Of a stretch of 64,000 bases of DNA, positions 18,670 through 28,641 are shown in pieces. The first letter of the stretch is position 1, and every line of letters starts with the position of its first letter. The notes beneath the pieces are model-generated. The model had not been told where the DNA came from. It worked only from the letters and a program-made list of their open reading frames with translations, and made no database searches. Both the position numbers and the translations under genes were made by a program. Location: NCBI GenBank assembly GCA_963662665.2, contig CAXXJS010000049.1, positions 1 to 64,000 of the forward strand. Direction: 5' to 3'. The DNA is from Candidatus Latescibacterota bacterium (lineage in GTDB: Bacteria; Latescibacterota; UBA2968; GCA-2709665).

Positions 18670-19896
18670 ATGGCGACCATCAATTCCAACTACAACAAAC
18701 TCTCAGCGGGCTATCTGTTCCCGGAAATCGCGAGGCGTACGGGGGCGTACCTGGAGAATCATCCGGATGTGAAGGTGATGCGTCTCGGCATAGGTAACAC
18801 CACCGAGCCCTTACCTCCAAGTGTGATTGAACGCTTGCATCACACCGTGGAAAAACTCGGGAAGGCGGAGACCTATACGGGGTACGCGGACGGGAGTGAA
18901 GGCGAACTGGACCTGCGGGAGGGGATAGCGGGCCGTTACGCCGAGCGCGGCGTCGCGTTGGATCCGGATGAAATATTCGTGAGCGACGGCGGGAAACCCG
19001 ATTCCGCGAATATCCAGTCCATTTTCGGGCTAGACAACGTGGTGGCCGTTCAGGACCCGGCCTATCCCGTCTACGTGGACAGCAATGTGATCGGCGGACG
19101 CACAGGGAAGATGGTGGATGGTCAGTACGAAGGAGTCGTATACATGCCCTGCACCGAGGCGAATGGCTTCTTTCCAGAATTGCCCGCGGAAAAGGTGGAT
19201 CTGATCTACATATGCAGCCCCAACAATCCCATTGGTTCCGTAGCAACCAGGAGTCAGTTGCAGGCGTTTGTGGACTTCGCCCGCGATCATCGGGCGGTGA
19301 TCATCTTCGACGCTGCCTATTGCGCGTACATTTCGGACCCCGAACTGCCGCACAGCATCTATGAGGTCGACGGCGCCGGCGCATGCGCGATTGAGATCAA
19401 CAGTTTTTCCAAAGATACCGGATTTACCGGCGTGCGCCTGGGCTGGACCGTGGTCCCGCAGGCTCTCGTGCTTGAAGACGGCGGGCCGGGCGTGGTGAAC
19501 GGGCTCTGGCGCAGACGGCAGAATACCATGTTCAACGGCGCCTCCAATATTGTACAGGGCGGCGCACTGGCGGTGTTCACCGAGGCGGGCAAGGCGGAAT
19601 GTGCCGAAATGGTGGCCTACTATATGGCCAATGCCCAGCGCATCCGTTCGGGGCTCGAAAGACTGGGCCTGACGGCCTACGGCGGCGTCCACGCGCCGTA
19701 TCTCTGGATGAAGACGCCCGGGGGTATGGGTTCGTGGGACTTCTTTGACAAATTGCTTTCCGAAGCGCACGTCGTCGGGACGCCGGGGGCGGGATTCGGA
19801 CCGAGCGGCGAGGGTTTCTTCAGGCTAAGCGCGTTCGGACACCGCGAGGATATCGAGCTGGCAGTGGAGAGCATCGAAAAAAACCTGAAGCTTTAG
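18670..19896 (+). CDS. dapL: LL-diaminopimelate aminotransferase
   Basis: GYLFPEI, LGIGNTTEP, DPAYPVYVD, CSPNNP, SFSKDTGFTGVRLG, GFFRLSAF. Confidence 0.93.
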   Translation: MATINSNYNKLSAGYLFPEIARRTGAYLENHPDVKVMRLGIGNTTEPLPPSVIERLHHTVEKLGKAETYTGYADGSEGELDLREGIAGRYAERGVALDPDEIFVSDGGKPDSANIQSIFGLDNVVAVQDPAYPVYVDSNVIGGRTGKMVDGQYEGVVYMPCTEANGFFPELPAEKVDLIYICSPNNPIGSVATRSQLQAFVDFARDHRAVIIFDAAYCAYISDPELPHSIYEVDGAGACAIEINSFSKDTGFTGVRLGWTVVPQALVLEDGGPGVVNGLWRRRQNTMFNGASNIVQGGALAVFTEAGKAECAEMVAYYMANAQRIRSGLERLGLTAYGGVHAPYLWMKTPGGMGSWDFFDKLLSEAHVVGTPGAGFGPSGEGFFRLSAFGHREDIELAVESIEKNLKL

Positions 19897-19943
19897 TCCC
19901 CTGTTCCCATAATATCTTATCATTCTCCCGTCGATTCATCCCG

Positions 19944-19976
19944 CCTGCCTGCACCAGGCAACGCGCGGCAGGCAGG
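19944..19976. repeat. Short CCTGCCTGC...GCAGGCAGG hairpin element
   Basis: 9-bp inverted arms; same end style as the nested insert at 13401-13428. Confidence 0.5.
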
Positions 19977-20055
19977 TCTGGCTACGTCGGGCCGACCTTA
20001 CGCAGGTCGCCTGCGTTCCGGATTGCTGCAAACGACCTGGATTGGAGGGTAGCGG

Positions 20056-21012
20056 ATGCGTCTGCTGGTTTCTGTCTGCTGTATCTCTATTGGATTTGCT
20101 GCGGCAGGGGTTTCGGCTGAAAAGAAACCCAGGCCGAAACTTACCGTGGCGTTCCGGTTTGCATCCGCATTCGGACAGAAGGGTGGCGGTGTCGGGCACT
20201 TTCATGAAGCGTCCGCCATCGCCCTGGATACGTTCGGCAATCTATATGTGGCCGATACGGGCAACGACCGCATCCAGAAATTCGAAGCAGACGGAACGTA
20301 TCTGTCCGAGGTGGGCACGTTCGGCTGGGACCCCGGTCAATTCAGCCAACCGGCAGGGGTTGCGGTGGGAAAGGGCGGGCTCGAGGTCTATGTTGCGGAC
20401 GGGAGAAACAACCGAATCCAGATCTTCAGCCCGCACTTCCGCCTGCTGGGCGTGGTTGGCGGACGGGACGTCGACGGCCCTGTTCGACTGGGCAACCTTG
20501 GCGGAATCGCGGTCTCCGAGGCCGGTGAGCTGTACGTGTCCGATACAGACGCCGACCAGGTGGTTCAAATCAGCGATTACAGTCCCCTGGAGAACCAGTT
20601 CGGGGGTTACGGATACGGCGCCGATCGGCTCAGGCGTCCTTTGGGCCTTGCCGTTGGACAAAAGGACCAGGTCTTCGTCTGTGACAGCGAAAACGATCGG
20701 GTCGCGGTGTTTGACAGATACGGAAATTTCAAGAATGGCCTGGCGGAAGGGTCGCTGTCCGAACCGTCGGGTGTGTGTACGGGGCCCAACGACGTGCTGT
20801 TTGTGGCAGACGCCGGACATCACCGCGTGGTGGCACTGGACCTGCGGACCGGCGACGTGGCTGCGCTGATCGGCGGCCCAGACGCGGGACAACGGCCGGG
20901 CGTTTTCAAAAGGCCCAAAGACGTGGCCTTCGGTCCGGGCAGGATCCTCTACGTGCTGGACGGTGGCAATAACCGTATTCAGAAATTCGAAATGTTGATC
21001 AGCAGGAGATAG
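20056..21012 (+). CDS. Exported NHL-repeat beta-propeller protein
   Basis: Six repeats of the YVADTGNDRIQKF type; signal-like N-terminus. Confidence 0.9.
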   Translation: MRLLVSVCCISIGFAAAGVSAEKKPRPKLTVAFRFASAFGQKGGGVGHFHEASAIALDTFGNLYVADTGNDRIQKFEADGTYLSEVGTFGWDPGQFSQPAGVAVGKGGLEVYVADGRNNRIQIFSPHFRLLGVVGGRDVDGPVRLGNLGGIAVSEAGELYVSDTDADQVVQISDYSPLENQFGGYGYGADRLRRPLGLAVGQKDQVFVCDSENDRVAVFDRYGNFKNGLAEGSLSEPSGVCTGPNDVLFVADAGHHRVVALDLRTGDVAALIGGPDAGQRPGVFKRPKDVAFGPGRILYVLDGGNNRIQKFEMLISRR

Positions 21013-21120
21013 GCCGCGTCCATACCGGGAGTCGCGAGTCAGGCGGGGCGGTCCGCGGGGTCTTGAGTGGCCGGGGCGGTACCCGGTTTCTCTGACTGCC
21101 GACTCCGTTTTTGTTTTTAT

Positions 21121-24100
21121 ATGATCAAGCACAATCTCATACCGCAGGTCTTCATCATCTTCGTCGGCTTCGGCGTCGCGTCGGGCGCGCCGCCGCCTGA
21201 ACGGTTGACGGTCTTTGATCTCGAGCGGACGTTTCGGGCGGACGGGAGCCGGGGACCATACCGGATTGCAGACCGGCCCATTCTGAAGGGCAGCGAAAGG
21301 GTCTGGACGGGTGACAGTCTGCTCGTAAGGGACCTGGATTACGAACTGAACTATACTGACGGGTTGCTGCTGTTTGCGCGGGAACGGCCTCGCGGCGCGG
21401 AGGTGCTCGTGCGGTTTCGGCAACTGCCCCAGGTTCTGCCCAGGGTTTATAGACGGCGAGAGCGAAGCCTTCAACGGGCGCCTGCGCGGCGACCCGTGCA
21501 GCGACGAAGGCGGCGTGCTGCGTCACACGCGACGGAATTGTACGATGAGGCTCCGTCGCGGCTCGACGTGGGGGGCGCCAAGCGCATCCGGGTCACGGTG
21601 GGCGGCAGTCGCGATCTCGAACTCAATCAGGCGCTCCGTGTGCATATAACGGGAGAGATGGCGGACGGTGTCGAAGTGGCTGCGATGCTGTCGGACCGGA
21701 ACCTCCCGCTGGGACTTGATGGCAGCACCCGCAACCTGCAGGAGCTGGATCGCGTGATGTTTCAGGTTCGATCCCGTACGGTTTCGGCTTCACTCGGCGA
21801 CCTGGACGTCGTGTTTGACGGCACCACCTTCGGGAGGTATCGCCGGCGGCTTCACGGAGCCCATCTCGCGTTCTCGTCTTCCGGCGCGGACGTCAGGGTC
21901 TTCGGCGCCGCCGCGGACGGACGATGGATCAGCCACCGCATTCCTGCCGTCGAAGGATACCAGGGGCCGTACCGGTTGCCCGGCGACGCCACTGCCCTGG
22001 GTGGGCGAATTGTCGCGGGTTCAGAGCGGGTCTATCAGGACGGACGCCTGCTGCGCCGTGGCGAAGGCCAGGACTACGTCGTGGACTACGAAATGTCCAC
22101 GATTACGTTTACACCTGTCAGGCCCATCTACGGGCACAGCCGAGTTACTGTGGAATACCAGTTCGAGGCGCCCGGTAACCGCCGGCGCCTGATGGGTGCG
22201 CGGGGCACGCTGGCGCTCTCCGACGACCGGTTGAAGGTGGGGGGCACGTTCATCCGCGAGGCAGACCGGAATGGCGCGGTCCAGGGTGTCGGCGTTTCCG
22301 TGGCGCCCATTCAGCCGTTGCGACGACAGCTGGCCGTTCTCGATGCCGCTTATGAGCCGATCGGGGGCGTACGGGTGGACGGCGAATTGGCGATGAGCGC
22401 GTTGCCCTCGGAGACGGACGCCCGTAACCAGAGGAGAGGACAGGCCTTCAGGCTGGGATTGGACCTGTGGCCGGACGCGCTGCGGTTGGCGGGGTACGCC
22501 CTGGGGCGGTTTCGAATTACGGGAGCATACCGGCAGGTCGGCGCCAGGTTCACGGGAATCGAACCGATCGTGTCGGCAAAGCGAGAGGGGCGGTGGGGAT
22601 GGCAGGCCGATGCGCCCGATGCGTCCGATGCGGGAGACCGAATGGGCGAAGTCGCGCTGCAATACGCTCTGAGGCCCGGCATCCGGTTCGACGCCGGTTA
22701 CGGCCGGCGCCAGGGGAAAGTGACGGCAATCCGGCGCGAGGTCGGATTGGAGATTTCCAACCCGCGGGCCCCGCAGGTGTCCTATCGGTTCAACGAAGTC
22801 TCTCACGGGTCGGGGTTGTTCGCCAGGCATCGGGCGCGCGTCCGGGCGCCCCTGCGAGGAGTCACGCCCGGATTCCGTTTTGAGTCGGAAGCGGCGACAG
22901 GGTCGTCGGTTTCTCATTCGACCCTGTACTATGCGTCCCCGTCTGATCCCGCGCACCGCGGGATACGCATCCGGGCGGGCGCCCTTGACCTGACCACGCG
23001 AGTGATGGACGCGCTGGCGTGGACGTCGGAGATTTCGATACGGCGAGTAAATCTTCTGGATCACGCGTGGCGGGACAGTCTGCGGGCGTGGGCGACAACG
23101 CACCGGGCTTCGATGTCCGGCTGGCGCGGCCTGTCGTTTTCCGGGGAGTATAGCAGGAGCAGGACGAAATCGCCCCTGCATCCGGCGAAAGGACGAGTGA
23201 CGGACCTCGGTCGGATACGATGGGGATACGCCGCTTTGAACGGCGCGGTTTCACACAGATTCTCCTATCGGATCTCCAGCACCGGTGCGCCCGACAGACA
23301 GCCGGTGTATGTCGCGCTGGGACCGGGTCGAGGTACTCATGTCTGGGAAGACGTGGATGGCGACGGGTTCCAGGATCCCGAAGAATTCGTAGCAGACGTG
23401 GATGGCGAGTACGTGCGTTATTTCAGTCCGGCCGTCGGATTCCGCCCGGTGCGTGACGCGGCTCTCGCTGCCCGTACGGAGTTCGTGCTGAAGCGGTTGC
23501 TGCGGTCTCCCCGGGGAAAGTGGCTGCGTATTCTGGCCGGCCTGTCCCTGGATATTTCGCTGGAGGCCGACAGGCAGGTACCGTCTGGCCAGGCCGGTGT
23601 GGCGCCATGGAACATGCACGTTCTCGGCCCGGGCGACGGGATACTCCACGGCCGGCGCGAGTTGCGAACGCGGCTTTACCTGTTTCGATATAGCCGGCCG
23701 GCCGCGTTCCGTCTGTCGGCCCGCCAGGGCTCCCGCATAGACCGGGCGTTTACCGCCGGCGGCCTGGAGACGGCGTCGCTGGTGTCCGCGCAGGGCCGTC
23801 TTGCCCTCGGGCGGACGTCGTCTCTGGAACTCGAAGTACACGGTGAACGACGTGACCGGCCCGGCGAAGGGCCGTTTTTCTACCTGATTCGGTCGCGGCG
23901 GCTATCCATGAACTGGTATCGGCACACGAGGCGGGCATGGCAGGCACGGGTGGAACTGGCGTTTGGCGGTGACAGGGAGGAAAACCGGGAGTTGCGGGCC
24001 CGGTCTGTGTCTGTCCGCCCCGAAATCCGACGCACACTGCCGGGCCGGGGGCGTTTGCGGACGTCCTGCGATTGGACCCGTGTGTTTGCGTCGGGATCCC

Positions 24101-24279
24101 TGCCGCTGTTCCTTGGGATGGCGGGTGGAAACCGGGCGGGAGACAACCTGGGCTGGCGTCTGGGTGTGGACTACCGGCTGGGCCGGTATCTCACGGCGAT
24201 GATCGTATACGACGCGCGTAAACGGTCCGAGAAACCGGTACTGCATCTGGGACGAATGGAGATGCGGGCCTTATTTTGA
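21121..24279 (+). CDS. Large hypothetical outer-membrane beta-barrel protein
   Basis: About 1050 aa, signal peptide, amphipathic strands, terminal Phe (RALF), two GSERV...DYxxxY repeats. Confidence 0.75.
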   Translation: MIKHNLIPQVFIIFVGFGVASGAPPPERLTVFDLERTFRADGSRGPYRIADRPILKGSERVWTGDSLLVRDLDYELNYTDGLLLFARERPRGAEVLVRFRQLPQVLPRVYRRRERSLQRAPARRPVQRRRRRAASHATELYDEAPSRLDVGGAKRIRVTVGGSRDLELNQALRVHITGEMADGVEVAAMLSDRNLPLGLDGSTRNLQELDRVMFQVRSRTVSASLGDLDVVFDGTTFGRYRRRLHGAHLAFSSSGADVRVFGAAADGRWISHRIPAVEGYQGPYRLPGDATALGGRIVAGSERVYQDGRLLRRGEGQDYVVDYEMSTITFTPVRPIYGHSRVTVEYQFEAPGNRRRLMGARGTLALSDDRLKVGGTFIREADRNGAVQGVGVSVAPIQPLRRQLAVLDAAYEPIGGVRVDGELAMSALPSETDARNQRRGQAFRLGLDLWPDALRLAGYALGRFRITGAYRQVGARFTGIEPIVSAKREGRWGWQADAPDASDAGDRMGEVALQYALRPGIRFDAGYGRRQGKVTAIRREVGLEISNPRAPQVSYRFNEVSHGSGLFARHRARVRAPLRGVTPGFRFESEAATGSSVSHSTLYYASPSDPAHRGIRIRAGALDLTTRVMDALAWTSEISIRRVNLLDHAWRDSLRAWATTHRASMSGWRGLSFSGEYSRSRTKSPLHPAKGRVTDLGRIRWGYAALNGAVSHRFSYRISSTGAPDRQPVYVALGPGRGTHVWEDVDGDGFQDPEEFVADVDGEYVRYFSPAVGFRPVRDAALAARTEFVLKRLLRSPRGKWLRILAGLSLDISLEADRQVPSGQAGVAPWNMHVLGPGDGILHGRRELRTRLYLFRYSRPAAFRLSARQGSRIDRAFTAGGLETASLVSAQGRLALGRTSSLELEVHGERRDRPGEGPFFYLIRSRRLSMNWYRHTRRAWQARVELAFGGDREENRELRARSVSVRPEIRRTLPGRGRLRTSCDWTRVFASGSLPLFLGMAGGNRAGDNLGWRLGVDYRLGRYLTAMIVYDARKRSEKPVLHLGRMEMRALF

Positions 24280-24391
24280 AAGGCGCGGCTTGTTTCGATA
24301 TGGATGTGAGATCGCCCGGAACTCTCTGTTCGGGCCTGTAGACAGACGCTTCGAGAAGGCGTCGCTGCTTGCGTTCGCGAGGATTGGACGG

Positions 24392-26089
24392 ATGTGGCTG
24401 TTTACCCTCGCCATTCACGTTTTGGCGGGTGTGTGGGTGGATGCGTCCGAGACCGGTCGCGTTTTCATTCGGAAGGTGCGGGTTGACGGCGTGCGTCGGG
24501 TTTCCGAAGAACGTGTTCGAAGCTGGTTGATCACGCGCACCGGTATGCGGGTGGACAGCCTGCTCCTCAAGAAGGACATGGTCCGGATTCTGGATGGATA
24601 TCGAGACGAGGGATACTGGCAGGTATCCGTTGCATTTCCGGAGGTGGACGTAAATAGGGGACGCGTTTACTTTCGAGTCGAGGAGGGGAGGCGGACGCTC
24701 ATCGACACGGTCGAAATCGCAGGCAACGAACACGCGGCATCGGACTCCCTGATGAACGCGATGTTCACACGGAGAGGTTCGCCACTGATAACGGAATCCC
24801 TTGAAACGGATCTGGATGCGCTCGTACGGTTTTACGAAAACCGCGGGCATCCCTTCTGTTCCCTGGCGCCGGAGGTGAGCGTTTTACCGGGTAGCGATAG
24901 GGTGCGTCTCCGGATAGCGGTAGATGAGGGACCCTTCGTACGGGTGGATACGGTTCGCTTCTCGGGCAACCGGTTTACGCGCGTTGAGACGCTGCTCAGG
25001 GAGATGCGTATCGCGAAGGGCGAGCCCTACGATCAGCGCCGGGTGGATCGGGCGCTTCTTGCTCTGCGGCGTTTGCCGTTTCTGCTGGACGTAAACGGCG
25101 CGGTGTTGAAGACCGAGCCCGATGGACGTACGGCGCTGGTGGTTTCCGTCCACGAGGCGCCGCCGGGCCGGGCTGAAGGCGTGGTGGGCGTTGCGCCGGC
25201 GTCGGGAGATCGGGCGGCCGGCCTGACCGGATCGTTCGCCATTGCTTTCAACAATTTGCTTGGGACCGGACGGCGCGCGGACGCTTCCTGGTCGCGCAGG
25301 GGGAACGCTGCGACCGATCTGGATCTGCTCTATATTGAACCGTGGATATTGCGTCGGCCGTTAGGACTTGAGGCGACGCTTCTGATGCGGCAACGGCCCG
25401 GGTTTGCCGAGAACCGCCTGGGTCTGGGGATCAGTCTGTCCACCTTCGGGGTCGCCGACGTTCGGGTGGGCGTTTCCAGAGGCGGCGTTCGGCCGGATTC
25501 AAGCGTGGCGATCGGTTTTGCCACGGGTCGCGTCTGGTCTCTGGATGGTGCGCTTGAAATTGACCGCCGGGACGACCGATGGAATCCGACTTCGGGCTGG
25601 CTGCATCGAATCCGACTCGTATGGAGCCGCGTCACACGGGACGCCGGCGCGCACCGGAGATTGCGTATTTTGGCCGATTTGCACCGTTATCTGGGGTTGG
25701 GCCGGCGTACGGTGATCGCCGCGTCTCTGCACGCCGCCGGGGTGGCTGAAAACGGGGACGCGCTTCCGGACGGGCCCTTTCGGCTGGGAGGGGCAACGTC
25801 GATTCGAGGTTACCGGGAGGAGGCGTTTCTGGTGAATCGGGCGATCTGGACGAATCTGGAGTGGCGGCTCATACTGGCGCGCCGGTCACGGGCGTTCCTG
25901 TTTGTCGATGCCGGCGTGCTGGGGGACGCGGCCACGGGTGCACGGAATGGATTGCGCTTCCCCGTTGGCTTCGGACTGGGCATGCGTACCGTATCCCGGC
26001 TGGGGACCATCGGACTGGACTACGGTTTGACGAAGACTGACAGTCCGGGTCGGGGAAAGGTTCACATACGTATGGTAAATGCGTTTTAG
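24392..26089 (+). CDS. BamA/TamA (Omp85) family protein with POTRA domains
   Basis: POTRA motifs (GN..T...LLRE, YENRGHPF), NLLGTGR, LGGATSIRGY, C-terminal Phe; start uncertain. Confidence 0.88.
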   Translation: MWLFTLAIHVLAGVWVDASETGRVFIRKVRVDGVRRVSEERVRSWLITRTGMRVDSLLLKKDMVRILDGYRDEGYWQVSVAFPEVDVNRGRVYFRVEEGRRTLIDTVEIAGNEHAASDSLMNAMFTRRGSPLITESLETDLDALVRFYENRGHPFCSLAPEVSVLPGSDRVRLRIAVDEGPFVRVDTVRFSGNRFTRVETLLREMRIAKGEPYDQRRVDRALLALRRLPFLLDVNGAVLKTEPDGRTALVVSVHEAPPGRAEGVVGVAPASGDRAAGLTGSFAIAFNNLLGTGRRADASWSRRGNAATDLDLLYIEPWILRRPLGLEATLLMRQRPGFAENRLGLGISLSTFGVADVRVGVSRGGVRPDSSVAIGFATGRVWSLDGALEIDRRDDRWNPTSGWLHRIRLVWSRVTRDAGAHRRLRILADLHRYLGLGRRTVIAASLHAAGVAENGDALPDGPFRLGGATSIRGYREEAFLVNRAIWTNLEWRLILARRSRAFLFVDAGVLGDAATGARNGLRFPVGFGLGMRTVSRLGTIGLDYGLTKTDSPGRGKVHIRMVNAF

Positions 26090-26102
26090 CGATCAGGCCC
26101 TG

Positions 26103-26918
26103 TCAGAATGGGAACAAGACGGGGATATTCCCGTCGGTGAGAGCAGCCCCGTATTCGCAAACCTGAAAGGCCTCGGCAAAGCGGATCCCCCGTCCCCGGC
26201 GTTCGCCGTAACGCTTTACGAGCACGTCGCGGTGCCCGTCGGCGACCGCCCTGAACTGCTCCAGTCTGTGTGCCAGCCACTTTCTGCGATCGCGCGACGA
26301 TTTCGGTACTTCGTTCAGTATGCCGGCATTATAGGGCAGCCACTCGTACATCTGTGAGGTGTGGCAATGCAGCATGTCGAGCTTCTTGTCGACGACGGCG
26401 TCGATGTCGATTGCCACCTCCGGCTCAAAGGGCGCAGGAGACCTGAAGTTGTCGCTCATGTAGGCGATCACCGGATTGTAAGATAGCGCGGGTACATCTG
26501 TACAGACGTTGGGGACGGTGACCATGTAGGCGGCGTCCTGAACGAGGATGGCGGCGTACCGATGGTCTGGATGGTAGTCGTTTGACCGATGGGTGAGGAT
26601 GAGGTCCGGCGTGTAGGAGCGGATCATTCGGATGACGTGCTTGCGGTTCTCCAGCGTGGGCTCCAGCTCTCCGTCGTGGTTGTCCATCACGTGGTATTCG
26701 ATCCCGGCCACTGCGCCTGCGGCCTCGGCTTCCGCACGTCGCCTGCGCGCGAGCGCGATGCCGCCGGTTTCATGATGGCCCGCGTCTCCGTTTGTCAGGG
26801 AAACGAACCGGACCTCGTGGCCGAGAGCCGCGTAATTGATTGCAAGTCCGCCGGCTTTGATATCGCAGTCATCGGGATGCGCCCCGAAGACGATGATTCT
26901 CAGGGGTCGTTTCGGCAC
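26103..26918 (-). CDS. PIG-L family deacetylase
   Basis: GAHPDD, TNGDAG, YHPDH, CHTSQ. Confidence 0.92.
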   Translation of the reverse strand: MPKRPLRIIVFGAHPDDCDIKAGGLAINYAALGHEVRFVSLTNGDAGHHETGGIALARRRRAEAEAAGAVAGIEYHVMDNHDGELEPTLENRKHVIRMIRSYTPDLILTHRSNDYHPDHRYAAILVQDAAYMVTVPNVCTDVPALSYNPVIAYMSDNFRSPAPFEPEVAIDIDAVVDKKLDMLHCHTSQMYEWLPYNAGILNEVPKSSRDRRKWLAHRLEQFRAVADGHRDVLVKRYGERRGRGIRFAEAFQVCEYGAALTDGNIPVLFPF

Positions 26919-26925
26919 GGTGTGC

Positions 26926-28641
26926 TCAGTTCAAAATCGGGTGGTAGATGACCTCGATTGAAATTTCCGTCCGGTCTCCCGGGATGGACACGAGGCTGAC
27001 ATGTTCACGGTATCGAACGTCCGTATCCGGACGCGCGGTGTCCCCATTCACCAGGATCCTGCCGATTGCCGCGCCACCGAATTGTTGTGGAATCTGGATG
27101 CGCAAGCCTGGATGAGACGAACGGCCCTTGAGGTTAAAGCGCAGCACTGAACCGTTCCATTCCAGGTCGTTGAACAACCAGGTGTCGCGTGCGCCCCAGA
27201 AGGCCGCCCACTGGTCGAAGGACCAGATTGGCAGGCCTTTTTCGTTTGCCTGACGGAGCAGTTCCCTGCCCTGCTCTTCCGAAAACCTGACCCAGTTTCC
27301 AGGGTGGATACAGACACCGTAGGGTGTGTGGAATCGGGTCGTGACATCGGCGAAGATGCGTTCCAGGGTAACGGAAAATACACGTGGCGACAGCTTGTAG
27401 GAGTAGTCCTGAGGGCCGAACATGCCGTCGTCGGTCAGGTGGGTGTGCTGCTGGTAGACGTCGGCCAGGCGGCCGTCGGGGTGGCAGAAGCGCATCGGAA
27501 GCGCCGCGCCGAAGGGCGCGTAGGGTGCGGCTTCCCTGTCTCTCATATAGGTTCCGGAAAAGTAGTTGCCGTCCATCAGCACACCCAGTTTTTCCATAAC
27601 GTCCACGAGATCCAGATAACCTGCCCACGCCGTGCAGTGATTGCGCAAGGTACGTGCCGGAATCCGGAACTTCTCCTCGAACAGGCGGATCTGACGCTCA
27701 AACTCCGCAACCCGTTCCCGAACGGGACGGCCATCCAGCGGGCGAAGGTTCGGGTGCGGCCCGACGTCGTGTGTTTTGGCGTATCTCGCCACGTCCTCGG
27801 CCGTGGATCTGGTGAGGTTGGGGATGATGTACAGGCTCATTCGTCCGCCGGCGCCACTGACGCCGCCAAATTCCGCTTCGTTCGACGCCACGTCGGCATG
27901 ATCCTCGTCTCCGGAGTACAGCAGGATGCCTCTTGCGGCATGCGGCAGGTGTGAAAGGAAAGGCGCCGGCGCGGGCAGGTAACGTCGCACCAGGTCCACT
28001 AACAGCCGGGAGAGCAAGTCGGCATGTGGGAGCCAGCCGGCATCGTTCGGACCTACACGGGCAGCCATGTGCGAAGGCCGGGCGCAGCCGTCCCCGTCGG
28101 GGATGCGTTCGGCAAGGTCGGGATCGCCCTGGCGAAGCAACAGGACGCAGCGGGGCAGATCAAAGGCAAAGGCGATGATTCGTCCGCTGCCGAGACGGGT
28201 TTCCGAAACGCCCGCGGTCTCGCCGCCATAGCGTCCCGGGCGGGACAGGAAGGCCAGTGGTTTCGCGGCTTCCGAGTGTTCCCACGCGTGAACGGCCCCG
28301 ACTATCGGAAGTAATTCGCCTGCCAGGCCGCCGGTAGGATACGCGACATTGCGCAGACGAAGCGGCGGTTCTTTCGCGCCACGCACTTTCAGTCCCGCCG
28401 CTCGCGCGAGCGCCCTGCCCGGCAGGAAGCAGAGGAGCGTGCCACCGCGGCGTGCGTAGTCCGTGAGTTGGTCCCCGTCCTGATACGCCGGACAGACGAG
28501 TACCGGAACATCGGCTGGTTCGAGGGTCGGTACCCGGTCGCGGCAAACTGCCGTGCAGAGCGACAGTCCCCAGGTCTTGAGAATCTCTGCAATGTAGGCC
28601 GAAAGGTTGGACGTGTCCGTCAGAATGCCGATTTTCATCAT
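26926..28641 (-). CDS. Hypothetical protein with polysaccharide deacetylase (CE4)-like central domain
   Basis: SGDEDHAD, VGPHP, RNHCTAW, CIHP motifs; translationally coupled to upstream gene. Confidence 0.6.
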   Translation of the reverse strand: MMKIGILTDTSNLSAYIAEILKTWGLSLCTAVCRDRVPTLEPADVPVLVCPAYQDGDQLTDYARRGGTLLCFLPGRALARAAGLKVRGAKEPPLRLRNVAYPTGGLAGELLPIVGAVHAWEHSEAAKPLAFLSRPGRYGGETAGVSETRLGSGRIIAFAFDLPRCVLLLRQGDPDLAERIPDGDGCARPSHMAARVGPNDAGWLPHADLLSRLLVDLVRRYLPAPAPFLSHLPHAARGILLYSGDEDHADVASNEAEFGGVSGAGGRMSLYIIPNLTRSTAEDVARYAKTHDVGPHPNLRPLDGRPVRERVAEFERQIRLFEEKFRIPARTLRNHCTAWAGYLDLVDVMEKLGVLMDGNYFSGTYMRDREAAPYAPFGAALPMRFCHPDGRLADVYQQHTHLTDDGMFGPQDYSYKLSPRVFSVTLERIFADVTTRFHTPYGVCIHPGNWVRFSEEQGRELLRQANEKGLPIWSFDQWAAFWGARDTWLFNDLEWNGSVLRFNLKGRSSHPGLRIQIPQQFGGAAIGRILVNGDTARPDTDVRYREHVSLVSIPGDRTEISIEVIYHPILN

